64,000 bases of DNA, taken from the IMG/VR virus record IMGVR_UViG_3300012942_000037, positions 13,245 to 77,244 of that record; one strand, written 5' to 3'. Below the pieces are notes generated by a model, which was not told the origin of the DNA, did no database searches, and saw nothing but the letters and a program-made list of their open reading frames with translations. The stretch is from a virus. Taxonomy: Duplodnaviria > Heunggongvirae > Uroviricota > Caudoviricetes. The position numbers and the translations under genes are program-made. How positions within the stretch are numbered: the first letter of the stretch is position 1; every line of letters begins with the position of its first letter. Positions 48,080-57,379 of this stretch are shown piece after piece.

Positions 48080-49429
48080 ATGGCTGATAACAAGAGCATC
48101 AAGTTCCCCACCCACCACTATGTGGGCTTCCAAGCCCGTCCAAGTGTTGATGAACTGCCCCTGGGATTCATGACGCCAGATGGCACGGATAAAGCTGCCA
48201 TCAAGCGCAAAGCCACTGTGGATAATTGGGCTCGTGGTTATGGCTATGGTGCCCAGAATCAAGCAGAGGATAAGCTGCCTGCCCAGACCTACGAAAACAA
48301 GCCCATGATTGGCTTCAAGCTAGGGCGCAATGTGCGCCATGGCTACGGTTGGGGCCAGGGCAACGTCAAATGGCGGATCGAGGATCCTCGCGGTTTTGAA
48401 CTCGAGATCACTAGCCCCAACTTGGCTCAGATTATGGCATTCTCTACTATCGAGAAGGGTGAGATCCTCGAGGAATGTATCTGGGCTCGATTGGGTGCCG
48501 AAAACATCCTGGTCCCCGTGGATAGTGATGTCTACAAGAATACCGTTCGCAACACTGAGCGAATGAGCAAGACGGCCAGTATGCGTGATATCAAGATTGG
48601 GGATCATGCGGTTCTTCAGAATGGTGATGAGGGCGTCTACTACGGTGTCTTCTATATCGCGAATATCGACAAGTATGGCTCCAACTACTCGCATAAGCTG
48701 AGCTTCAGTGGGAAGAAGCGGCATGTTTTTCTCATGCAGAGACCAGGTGATGATGGTCATGAATCGGTGAAGTTCTTCAAGGCTATGAGCGCTCCTAAGC
48801 TCTCGGAACTCTTTGAGGGCACAGCAATGACCCATGAGGAGGCCGAGAAGGAGATCAACCGTCTGATTCAGAAAGGTGTTGGGCTTAACGAGGCTGGTCA
48901 AACCTACCATGACGCCATCGGTGTATCGATAGATCCGATCACCAAGGATGACTTTACGATGACCGAGGAGGCCATCACTTACGATGAGCTGATCAAGGAA
49001 GCCGAAAGCATGGAAGGTGCGGAACCGCACATTCAGCAGGGCAACCTCCGCTATTTGCTACGCTACATCGTGCCTGGCAATGTCTACGCAGACTTCCGAG
49101 GCCATCTGGTCTACGTTCCTATCGAGGAATGGGAGCATAAGAAGGATATGATGCCTGGTGGTAAGAACCATCATCCGCAATATCAGACCAACCCCAGCCA
49201 TTGGCTCTTCAACTGTATAGTGATGAATCCAGTATCCTGGAAGCAAGGTCAGCTGGTCGCAGTAACTAAGCAAGTTGCCCAACCCAACCATTGGTATGGC
49301 GGTTCGCGCTTCCGAGACGAAGCGGTGGTTGAATCCATCGACCCGGCGATCGAGGATCTGCCCCCACTGAAGCGCTTCCGGATGACAGCAAAGACTAAGA
49401 CGGGCTGTGAGGTCGTCTATTACCGTTGA
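48080..49429 (+). CDS. hypothetical protein
   Basis: I used ATG 48080 (MADNKSIKF...). About 449 aa. Confidence 0.5.
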   Translation: MADNKSIKFPTHHYVGFQARPSVDELPLGFMTPDGTDKAAIKRKATVDNWARGYGYGAQNQAEDKLPAQTYENKPMIGFKLGRNVRHGYGWGQGNVKWRIEDPRGFELEITSPNLAQIMAFSTIEKGEILEECIWARLGAENILVPVDSDVYKNTVRNTERMSKTASMRDIKIGDHAVLQNGDEGVYYGVFYIANIDKYGSNYSHKLSFSGKKRHVFLMQRPGDDGHESVKFFKAMSAPKLSELFEGTAMTHEEAEKEINRLIQKGVGLNEAGQTYHDAIGVSIDPITKDDFTMTEEAITYDELIKEAESMEGAEPHIQQGNLRYLLRYIVPGNVYADFRGHLVYVPIEEWEHKKDMMPGGKNHHPQYQTNPSHWLFNCIVMNPVSWKQGQLVAVTKQVAQPNHWYGGSRFRDEAVVESIDPAIEDLPPLKRFRMTAKTKTGCEVVYYR

Positions 49430-49432
49430 TCC

Positions 49433-50791
49433 TCAGAACTTAACCTTCTTGAGAGCCTCTACCTCCTCACGGTAGAGGCTCTTTCTTGCCTCTGGATCCT
49501 TGAGGATGCGGTTGTATTCCTTGATGTTGGCCTTGAGTTCTTTGATCTTCTCAAGAACCTGTTTGTAAGCATCTTTGGTCCAGCGATGGGCTGGTAGATT
49601 GACGATACGGTCGATGCGTTTATCGTCCAGCTTGAGCTTGGTTGTGACCTTCTGAACATCAGCATCTAGGGTGGCACGATCAGCAATGCTACCTAGGCGG
49701 GCTGGCAGCTTATCATCAAAACAAAGCTTCACGCCCTCCCAGAATCCAAGCTCATATGAATCACGTTCAACCTTGTGCTCATAACGAGTAGCATACCACC
49801 CGAGTCGCCATTCAACGAAATCCTGGATCAACTGCTCAGCAGATTCATACTGGCGAATTGAGGAACCATTCCAATCAATGACCACAATGCGCTCAGTCTT
49901 CTTCTGCTTGAGTTTGAAGTAGTCAATAGCACGGGCCTCATTCCAACCTTTACAAGCACCTCGGGCCATCTTGATCGTAATGTTAATGGTGTCGGTGGAT
50001 CGATCCGTGTACATCGAGATCCGGTTCTCATCCTCATACGTATTGAGGCGCTCCTTGAACTTCTCTAGGGTAAGATCAGGTGGTAGCTCTGTGATCTTGA
50101 TGGTAGAGGTATCAATGATCTGAACCTTACCGCTGAATTCCCAGGAGTTCTCCTCCAAGTGTTTCACACCAATGTCATAGAGTTCATAGGATGGCGCGAT
50201 CCTCTTGAGCTTCTTGCCATCCAGAACGTCGAGCGTAGCTTGAACCAAACTCTTGAAACTCCTGGGTAGGATCTCCGTAGACCATCCAACGGCAATACCC
50301 GATACACCGTTGAGCAAAACGGTTGGAATGATTGGTAGGAAGTGTTGAGGTTCGATGGTCGAACCGTCATAGTTCTCCTTGACTGGCACGATATCCATAT
50401 CGGGGAACATGAGTTCTTGAGCCGCTTTACCACGTTTCACGTAGGTGTAGCGAGGAGCACCAATACCATCAACGGGTGCCACACGGGTGCCAAAGGATCC
50501 AATACCATCTAGGAGGGGAATGTTGTTGACATAAGGTGCTGCCAACATGCTGACAGCACCAGCCGCTGACTGGTCACCATGTAGATAGAGGTTTTCAGAG
50601 ATCATCATTCCAGCTAGAGAAACTGTCTTGATCTTGTCTGCTCTATTCTTCAAAAGCCATAGAGCTTTTCTCTGAGCGTCCTTCAATCCATCAGCTACTT
50701 TGGGTATAGCTCTATTTTCACAGACGTAAATGGAATATTCGCGAGACGTGTCTAGAATGTAGTTACTTGAGCTTTGATTTACAGTTGTCAC
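49433..50791 (-). CDS. DNA topoisomerase II GyrA-like subunit (T4 gp52-like)
   Basis: AIPKVADGLKDAQRKALW parallels the GyrA ...DGLKPVQRR... segment. The 452-aa length fits gp52. Confidence 0.8.
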   Translation of the reverse strand: MTTVNQSSSNYILDTSREYSIYVCENRAIPKVADGLKDAQRKALWLLKNRADKIKTVSLAGMMISENLYLHGDQSAAGAVSMLAAPYVNNIPLLDGIGSFGTRVAPVDGIGAPRYTYVKRGKAAQELMFPDMDIVPVKENYDGSTIEPQHFLPIIPTVLLNGVSGIAVGWSTEILPRSFKSLVQATLDVLDGKKLKRIAPSYELYDIGVKHLEENSWEFSGKVQIIDTSTIKITELPPDLTLEKFKERLNTYEDENRISMYTDRSTDTINITIKMARGACKGWNEARAIDYFKLKQKKTERIVVIDWNGSSIRQYESAEQLIQDFVEWRLGWYATRYEHKVERDSYELGFWEGVKLCFDDKLPARLGSIADRATLDADVQKVTTKLKLDDKRIDRIVNLPAHRWTKDAYKQVLEKIKELKANIKEYNRILKDPEARKSLYREEVEALKKVKF

Positions 50792-51413
50792 CGTGCCACC
50801 TTGAATGATTGCCTTTGTTTGTAGTTAGTCCACAAACCAGACATGTAATCTTTTCATTGCGAGCAGCATTGCCTTTGGATGACTTTGCTATTCGATCTTT
50901 AGTATCTAAAGAAGCCCAATCTGCCGTGACCATGTCTGAATGTGTAGCGTATTTTGCTAGTTCATTAGGTGTGAACTTCTTTTCTTTATGGCGTTGCCGC
51001 ATTTTCTCTCGACCAGCTAACCAAGCTGGTCCACCAACAACTTCCTCAATTAACCTCCTTTTAGACTCCTGGTAAATTGGTGCCATTATTTCAGGATCTG
51101 TAACTATCTGATTGCCACAATTCCCGTTATAACCTTTAGGCCACAAAGTATTGCCACTTTTGATAGCGGCGATCTCAGCTTCCCGTAAATCAATCAATGA
51201 ATCAAATTGGTCGCTTACAAGTTGAATAGAGAAATCGGATTCTTTAGCACGACCAGCTTGTAGATCACGCCAAATATATCTAGAACCCTTGCCACTCAAA
51301 TGCTCTAGCAGACGTTTATGATATGTCTTACCAGGTGAGAAGACTATCCCAAAATAGCGGAGACCGTTTTGAATGTTGGTTATTACATAAAGTTGGCCAT
51401 AAAATTCGCTCAT
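50763..51413 (-). CDS. GIY-YIG homing endonuclease
   Basis: The N-terminus GQLYVITN..NGLRYFGIV...H carries GIY-YIG motifs and the C-terminus is basic and DNA-binding-like. Confidence 0.75.
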   Translation of the reverse strand: MSEFYGQLYVITNIQNGLRYFGIVFSPGKTYHKRLLEHLSGKGSRYIWRDLQAGRAKESDFSIQLVSDQFDSLIDLREAEIAAIKSGNTLWPKGYNGNCGNQIVTDPEIMAPIYQESKRRLIEEVVGGPAWLAGREKMRQRHKEKKFTPNELAKYATHSDMVTADWASLDTKDRIAKSSKGNAARNEKITCLVCGLTTNKGNHSRWHGDNCKSKLK

Positions 51414-51456
51414 CCTGGTAGTCTACTTAGCACACCCAGATTGAGTCAATATCTGG

Positions 51457-51669
51457 TTAAGCCCATCTCATTTTGAATATGATGGCATCTCGAATATCTT
51501 CAAACTCAAATAGAGCCATAAGGCCATCATAGCCGATACTCAGTAGGGGATGGTAGATTCTACCATAAGCAGTTTCAGACCATTCCTCGAATTGGCGAGA
51601 AAGATGGTATGATCCGTCATCCAAGGTAGTCATGACGTTATTAGCCAATACACCTACTTGGATACTCAA
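51457..51669 (-). CDS. FKL-motif family small protein
   Basis: C-terminus ...RDAIIFKMRWA. Confidence 0.5.
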   Translation of the reverse strand: MSIQVGVLANNVMTTLDDGSYHLSRQFEEWSETAYGRIYHPLLSIGYDGLMALFEFEDIRDAIIFKMRWA

Positions 51670-52013
51670 ATGGAACCACCCCAGGTGAGTTTGAATAACA
51701 AAACATCATCCTTTCGAGCAAACCAAATAGGTGGCGGCTGTTTACCACCAGTCTTCATCCTACCCATATCTACTATCATTAAGGGTCGGAACCGCTTAGT
51801 TCGGATGAGATAGCTGACAGCCCTATAATGGCGCCCAATGACCCTTACAGGGGAGAGTTGATCGAGCCAAACGGCCACCCTAGTATTGAATTCATACCAA
51901 GGCCAATCGGGTTCAAGACCAAAGCGACTAGTAGTAGAATACTGGTATAGTTCAGGAGCATCTACCCGCCATGGTCGGAGTGGATTACACCAAGGTTGGT
52001 ATCTAACTTTCAT
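51666..52013 (-). CDS. FKL-motif family small protein
   Basis: C-terminus ...DDVLLFKLTWGGSI. Confidence 0.55.
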   Translation of the reverse strand: MKVRYQPWCNPLRPWRVDAPELYQYSTTSRFGLEPDWPWYEFNTRVAVWLDQLSPVRVIGRHYRAVSYLIRTKRFRPLMIVDMGRMKTGGKQPPPIWFARKDDVLLFKLTWGGSI

Positions 52014-52318
52014 CGGCCACCAAAGATCATCTTGAACATTACCGCTTCACCCATTCTGTCGAAATACCACGAGCAATAACCGGATGAAGACCAGCTTCGG
52101 GTACAATTCTCTTCACACCAGTCTTCCATTTCAGCCAGCTTCTCATTAACCAAATTACGATTGGCAAAGGTGTTTAGAGATCGACCATGATCGCGATCTG
52201 GATAGGGTATTGTGACTTTGATGGCCTGAACAAATTGAGTGCGAAGCCCCTTATACTTACGGGGAGGACTCCAAGAGCCAATAGACATAGCGATTCTCCA
52301 GTGAGCGTAATTGCCCAC
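52010..52318 (-). CDS. FKL-motif family small protein
   Basis: C-terminus ...GEAVMFKMIFGGR, with a central DWCEENC element. Confidence 0.55.
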   Translation of the reverse strand: MGNYAHWRIAMSIGSWSPPRKYKGLRTQFVQAIKVTIPYPDRDHGRSLNTFANRNLVNEKLAEMEDWCEENCTRSWSSSGYCSWYFDRMGEAVMFKMIFGGR

Positions 52319-52370
52319 TAGTGCTCGCTGTGAAGGGTCTCTCTATAGTTCATGCTTCTGATCTAACACC

Positions 52371-52562
52371 TTATTGGATAAGATCAACCTTGAGTATCGT
52401 GATACGACTTCCGGGCTTCTCAGCTTTGGCCCATCGAACTGCCGCATTGCGAGCCAACGGTTCACTCATATGATAACCCCAGAATACCAGATCAGTCTGA
52501 TCATCCAGAGTGTCATGCATGAGCGTGATCTTCCATAACTTACACTGGTTCATATCATCCAT
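52371..52562 (-). CDS. hypothetical small protein inside the array (non-member)
   Basis: 63 aa with no FKL motif. Confidence 0.3.
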   Translation of the reverse strand: MDDMNQCKLWKITLMHDTLDDQTDLVFWGYHMSEPLARNAAVRWAKAEKPGSRITILKVDLIQ

Positions 52563-52818
52563 TCGCTAATTTGAAAAGCATTGCGTCGTAGGCATCTGTG
52601 AAGAGAACCTGCATGATGTTGAAAGGGTTTATCGCGAACTCGCCTTGACAATTACTAATACACCAAGATTCAGTCAGCCGAGTCATTTCCACCACCAAAT
52701 CAGTCATCCCAATAGGGCATCTACCAGCTTTCATCGCATCATCCAGGATAACACGACACAGTGAGCTTCTGAGGGTTAGTTCTACTGGATAGGCGAATCT
52801 GGTAAGATCATAGATCAT
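52555..52818 (-). CDS. FKL-motif family small protein
   Basis: C-terminus ...YDAMLFKLANG, with a central SWCISNC element. Confidence 0.55.
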   Translation of the reverse strand: MIYDLTRFAYPVELTLRSSLCRVILDDAMKAGRCPIGMTDLVVEMTRLTESWCISNCQGEFAINPFNIMQVLFTDAYDAMLFKLANG

Positions 52819-53126
52819 AAACTACCACCCCAGGCCAGCTTGAATGCCAATGCGTCTTGCTCACTCTGGAAGTAAACCTTGAACTGGTCCCTCTGAATAC
52901 TCTTAAGCAATGAATGGTAGGGGTGATCCTCAGTTCCAACTCTTGGCATCACTCCCTGGCCCGAGATAACCACGACATCCTGTGCCATAGTTTCTAGCCA
53001 ATGGCGTAGAGTGTGATGGTTGTCTTTCAACTGAATACAAAAGCTGGTGACCTGAGTGACATCGAGAAACCATTTTACCTGGTCTTCCCTATCCACTATG
53101 TAGATGCGTTGGTTCAAGCCTGCCAT
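52815..53126 (-). CDS. FKL-motif family small protein
   Basis: C-terminus ...QDALAFKLAWGGSL. Confidence 0.55.
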   Translation of the reverse strand: MAGLNQRIYIVDREDQVKWFLDVTQVTSFCIQLKDNHHTLRHWLETMAQDVVVISGQGVMPRVGTEDHPYHSLLKSIQRDQFKVYFQSEQDALAFKLAWGGSL

Positions 53127-53365
53127 TGGTTTTCAAATGCCTCAGCATCAGCTTGGTTCTTGAACCATGCGGTGACCTCATAGGATCTTCCAGCCCCAAG
53201 ACGTTCTGGTTGGAACTCGATTACTGTGTATCGCATTGGCCCCTTGAGATTCTCTCTACACCATTGAGTAATGAATTCCTCATCAAACACGCCACGCTCA
53301 AATTCTTTGATTCGCTTGTGGGGCATGTGTTTTGGTGGAGTTCCATTTCGGTAAACAGTACCCAT
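53114..53365 (-). CDS. FKL-motif family small protein (divergent)
   Basis: It keeps QWCRENL but the C-terminus is the divergent ...ADAEAFENQWQA. Confidence 0.4.
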   Translation of the reverse strand: MGTVYRNGTPPKHMPHKRIKEFERGVFDEEFITQWCRENLKGPMRYTVIEFQPERLGAGRSYEVTAWFKNQADAEAFENQWQA

Positions 53366-53366
53366 G

Positions 53367-53570
53367 TCAGAGCCTCAATTTGAAGAGCATTGCTTGCTCA
53401 GTAGTTTCAAAGGACAAGGCTTTGATCTCATGATTACCAACATAATGGAAGGCCACTGTATGGAGAACTTTCATCTCCTGAATGATCTCCCATGCTCTAT
53501 TGAATTTATCGCTCTTAAAGGCGAGCGGCGGGTCAAATCCTATGTAACCCCTCTTTGGTGGTCTTGGCAC
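53367..53570 (-). CDS. FKL-motif family small protein
   Basis: C-terminus ...EQAMLFKLRL. Confidence 0.5.
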   Translation of the reverse strand: MPRPPKRGYIGFDPPLAFKSDKFNRAWEIIQEMKVLHTVAFHYVGNHEIKALSFETTEQAMLFKLRL

Positions 53571-53820
53571 TATGCCACCTCAGTTTGAACAACATGGCAT
53601 CCCTGGATTCAGAGAATGTGATGTTGATTGCGATCTGAGTGTGGCCGATACCATAGGCCGTTATTCCAGTAGATTGACACCACTCAGTTAGTGCGTCAAT
53701 AATTGTGGCGAACACCTCCCACGACTTCTCGGTATCCTCTATGATCTCGTAGGTAACATTCACCTGTTGGGCTATAATCAGGACCGAATCATCCCAACGT
53801 GAAAAGCTGAATTGGTTCAA
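53533..53820 (-). CDS. FKL-motif family small protein
   Basis: C-terminus ...RDAMLFKLRWHS plus a tail, with a central EWCQS element. Confidence 0.5.
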   Translation of the reverse strand: MNQFSFSRWDDSVLIIAQQVNVTYEIIEDTEKSWEVFATIIDALTEWCQSTGITAYGIGHTQIAINITFSESRDAMLFKLRWHSAKTTKEGLHRI

Positions 53821-54113
53821 TTACCGCTCCAGGCGAGCTTAAACATCATCGCATCATTGGCATTCTTGAACGTAATGGAATATGCGACATGAACGAGGTT
53901 AGTATTAGGATCATGAGCCTTGCCATTGAAACACCAACCAAACTGATCATTATCCAGATTCGCTAAGAAGACAAAGTAGGTAGGAGCCTGCTCACCAACA
54001 TGCTCCTTGAGCCATTCAACAGCTTTCTGACTCAGGATATCGCTGTGACGATCCCACCAACCCAGTTTATCCGAGACTGGCATATAGATCGTAGTCGTTT
54101 CATAATCACTCAT
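53817..54113 (-). CDS. FKL-motif family small protein
   Basis: C-terminus ...NDAMMFKLAWSGN. Confidence 0.55.
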   Translation of the reverse strand: MSDYETTTIYMPVSDKLGWWDRHSDILSQKAVEWLKEHVGEQAPTYFVFLANLDNDQFGWCFNGKAHDPNTNLVHVAYSITFKNANDAMMFKLAWSGN

Positions 54114-54433
54114 TTGCCACCCCAGGCCAATTTAAACATCATCACCACATCAGGATCATAGTCATCGTAATTTATCAGCCCACCTTGGTGATTCATACGG
54201 AGGATCTTTAACCAAGCACCCTCCAGATAGCCATGGAGAGCTGAGCATTGCCAGCCCTCAAGTTTACGCCAATTATAGGTATGGCCCATGATCCTGTGAT
54301 CATATGGTTCTAACCAATCATTCATAGCTTTGACCATATGAGGCTCTTCACGCCCATCATACTTGACATAGACGGCGCATTTGAGCAGATCAGTCATGAG
54401 ATTGAGATCCGAAGTTCTTGATCCATATGCCAT
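54110..54433 (-). CDS. FKL-motif family small protein
   Basis: C-terminus ...PDVVMMFKLAWGGK. Confidence 0.55.
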   Translation of the reverse strand: MAYGSRTSDLNLMTDLLKCAVYVKYDGREEPHMVKAMNDWLEPYDHRIMGHTYNWRKLEGWQCSALHGYLEGAWLKILRMNHQGGLINYDDYDPDVVMMFKLAWGGK

Positions 54434-54725
54434 CCCAGACTTCCTTGAATTTCACAGCATCAGATTCCCTTCGGAATGCGAATGCTTGGCAAGGTCTGTG
54501 ACGGATATCACTTCGATCAACTTCATTTGGTATGTAGCACCAATGATAGATATCCTTCTCCAGATCTTGCTTGAACCTCGCAAAATCAATAGCCTGAGGG
54601 CCCACATTCTCCCAAAGCCAGAAGCTTACTTCATGCTTCAAAGCCGGAAAACCATGATCCAGTCGATCCATATGATTCAGCTTATCAGAGAACAGCACAT
54701 ATAGGATTGAGAATCCTTGATTCAT
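54390..54725 (-). CDS. FKL-motif family small protein (divergent, extended tail)
   Basis: ...SDAVKFKEVWDG followed by a tail. A central HWCY element is present. Confidence 0.45.
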   Translation of the reverse strand: MNQGFSILYVLFSDKLNHMDRLDHGFPALKHEVSFWLWENVGPQAIDFARFKQDLEKDIYHWCYIPNEVDRSDIRHRPCQAFAFRRESDAVKFKEVWDGIWIKNFGSQSHD

Positions 54726-55138
54726 TGACCACCCCAGGTTAGCTTGAATAGTAGAGCGTCATCGAGATCCTGGAACCAGAAGTAGATGTAAGGTGGATTA
54801 CAACCAAGTTGGTTGAGGATCTCTCGATCGATATCACGTTGTATTTCACGTGCCATCGCATCAGTTAGTTTGGCTTCTATCCAATTCTCATCCCTATCTT
54901 CATCTGGATTAGGTATGATGCCATCTGCGATCTCAATGCTTCGATTATAGGTCTGATCATCAATTAGAACGTTTTCGAAGGAACTCTCGAATTCAGCCTT
55001 ACAATGCTCCTTACACCAAGCCTTCATATCATGCGTGGTAGTTTCATAGACACCAACTCTTGTGCCTTTGTCTTGTAGCCTACGAAAGCGCTCAGCCGTT
55101 TCTCTATCATAGAAAGTGGTGATCATATTGATCCTCAT
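54722..55138 (-). CDS. FKL-motif family small protein
   Basis: C-terminus ...DDALLFKLTWGGQ, with a central AWCKEHC element. Confidence 0.55.
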   Translation of the reverse strand: MRINMITTFYDRETAERFRRLQDKGTRVGVYETTTHDMKAWCKEHCKAEFESSFENVLIDDQTYNRSIEIADGIIPNPDEDRDENWIEAKLTDAMAREIQRDIDREILNQLGCNPPYIYFWFQDLDDALLFKLTWGGQ

Positions 55139-55139
55139 A

Positions 55140-55421
55140 TCACCCCCAAGTCAGTTTAAACATGACAGCATCAGCGTTATGTTGAAATGCGAAACCCGTC
55201 TTTCCCATCACATTAACTGGTTTGGGTGGTGAAGAGCAATTTAGACGGCACCACCGTTGGAGAACTGCCATACCCTGGTTGATCTCGTTAGTGGTGTATC
55301 TAGTATAATAGGATGGGTGGATCGTACCGCCTATTTCGACAATACGATCCACAGTGATATAAGCGATAATGTCTGACTCATCCGGAGTGTACCAGATAGT
55401 AAACCAATCGCGGTATGACAC
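55140..55421 (-). CDS. FKL-motif family small protein
   Basis: C-terminus ...ADAVMFKLTWG, with a central RWCRLNC element. Confidence 0.55.
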   Translation of the reverse strand: MSYRDWFTIWYTPDESDIIAYITVDRIVEIGGTIHPSYYTRYTTNEINQGMAVLQRWCRLNCSSPPKPVNVMGKTGFAFQHNADAVMFKLTWG

Positions 55422-57293
55422 TTAGAGCCCAATCCATGATTTTCGATCATCCGATCGCTTGCTGTTGAAGATCAGATCCAATGTTTCGCCGATATTACCA
55501 TCATCCACAACTGGATAGACCTCAGGATTCTTGAGGCTGTATTCCCAATCCTCTCGGGTCAGAGTTCCCAGACCTTTAGCCCTGGTAATGGTCCAACCAC
55601 TGTAGTTCTCTGGTTTGAATTCATCATAGTTATGAGCATACCAGTATTTGCGCACCTTCCCTTTTTCGGCAATGATGAAAGGCGTTCGGAAGATGTGGAT
55701 AAACGGGTTCTTGGGGTCCTCGAAGAGTTCTGGCCAGTAGGTGTGGAAGAAGTTGATCAGAAGCGCACCAATGTTGAGTCCATCCGGATCCATGTCATGT
55801 GCCACATACACCTTACCGTAACGGAGATCCTCCAGCTTTGCCTTCTGCCCAATCACCAATCCCAAGCAACTCATGATGTCACCGAGTTCCTTGTTATCGA
55901 TGACCTTCTTGGGTGACTCGCCATTGACGTTAAGAACCTTACCCTTCATACCCAGACCTCCATGTAAGTCTGGATCACGTACACTACCCATACCCGAGAT
56001 AGCACTTTCACCCTCGGCCAGGAATAGGATACACTTTGAACGGTCCCTACCTGTAGCATCCATGAGTCTTGGAACCTTGTTGCGAAGGTTCTTCTTGGCC
56101 GCCTTCGCAATATCAGCGGCATCTTTCTTCATCGTGCGTTCAGCACAACGCTTGTAGATATCCTCAATCCAATCTCGGTTCTTACGGATGAACTCCTTAT
56201 AGAGCTCTGGATCTTCGAGTTTGGCCTTAATGATCTTCCCAACCTCTTCATTGATCAGTCGGGTCTTTGACTGACTATCGAAGTTTGGGCCATGCATGTT
56301 GGTGATGTTATATATGAGCACACCCTCAGTGACGTCTGAGCGATTTGGCTGAAGGCGCCGCTTCTTGGATTCACGCTCCAATGCGGTCAATAGATTACCG
56401 TAGAAGAGCCTACGGAATGTTTCAATGTGAACTCCGCCGTTGAATGCTGGAATGTTGTTGACGATCGTATGAACGTGCTCACCAGATTCAACCCATCCAG
56501 GCACGATCCAGAACCGACTACGGAAGGTATCCTCCTTGACCTCAATCGCCATTGGCTTCATGCCGGGGAAGAGACTCTGCTCTGGTCGAGGTTTAACCTT
56601 GATCTGCTCACCATTGTAATAGATCTTGATTAATGGGTTACAAATTGCGACCTCAGTGACTCGCGAACGGATGAATTCTTCCGGAAGGATCAAATCAGGA
56701 AACACTTCACTGGATAGCTTGAAGGTGATCTTAGTGCCATTGGTCCCTTGCTTCTTAGTCAGCTTTACCTTACCAAACTGGAGCTCATCACCAAATACGG
56801 CATTACCCTCTTTGAATTCCTGTTGGAATCTCTCCCCATCTTTCTGAATATCCAGTTTGAAATACTCAGAGCAGAAGTTCACAACACTAGCACCAATACC
56901 ATTCGTACCAGCAACCTCCCCGCGCTCCTCGAAGTTGCGGCCAGCTCGTGCTTCGGTCATAACCAGGGTAGCAAGGTGACATTTATGAGTTTCATCCCAA
57001 GCGATTGGAATACCCCTACCATCATCCTCTACACTCATTTCTCGAGTCGTTGGATCATAGGTAACTCTGATCTTGCTGCCATGGCCATGGCCCACCAGTT
57101 CATCTAGGGCATTATCGAGGATCTCTCGAAAAGCCGTATAGAGAGCAGGAACCCAAGTAGTCTCGACGGGTGTTGGTTTACCATCTACAAATTCTAGAAT
57201 GGTCTGGGTATGTGGAGCACGACTACCCAGATACATCTCGGTTCTTAAGCGTCCGTGAGAGTAATCGGAGAGTTTCTTAATCTTATCTGACAT
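55422..57293 (-). CDS. DNA topoisomerase II GyrB-like large subunit (T4 gp39/gp60-like, ATPase plus TOPRIM)
   Basis: GHKL ATPase motifs (EILDNALDE; GTNGIGASVVN) and the TOPRIM segment LFLAEGESA...DMDPDG. Length is 623 aa. Confidence 0.85.
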   Translation of the reverse strand: MSDKIKKLSDYSHGRLRTEMYLGSRAPHTQTILEFVDGKPTPVETTWVPALYTAFREILDNALDELVGHGHGSKIRVTYDPTTREMSVEDDGRGIPIAWDETHKCHLATLVMTEARAGRNFEERGEVAGTNGIGASVVNFCSEYFKLDIQKDGERFQQEFKEGNAVFGDELQFGKVKLTKKQGTNGTKITFKLSSEVFPDLILPEEFIRSRVTEVAICNPLIKIYYNGEQIKVKPRPEQSLFPGMKPMAIEVKEDTFRSRFWIVPGWVESGEHVHTIVNNIPAFNGGVHIETFRRLFYGNLLTALERESKKRRLQPNRSDVTEGVLIYNITNMHGPNFDSQSKTRLINEEVGKIIKAKLEDPELYKEFIRKNRDWIEDIYKRCAERTMKKDAADIAKAAKKNLRNKVPRLMDATGRDRSKCILFLAEGESAISGMGSVRDPDLHGGLGMKGKVLNVNGESPKKVIDNKELGDIMSCLGLVIGQKAKLEDLRYGKVYVAHDMDPDGLNIGALLINFFHTYWPELFEDPKNPFIHIFRTPFIIAEKGKVRKYWYAHNYDEFKPENYSGWTITRAKGLGTLTREDWEYSLKNPEVYPVVDDGNIGETLDLIFNSKRSDDRKSWIGL

Positions 57294-57379
57294 GAACGAC
57301 CCTTATTCTTTGGTGTAATGTAAGGCTTCATTGACCTGAACGTCAATTTCTGGCTCAGGCACCATCTCATTTATCTTTC

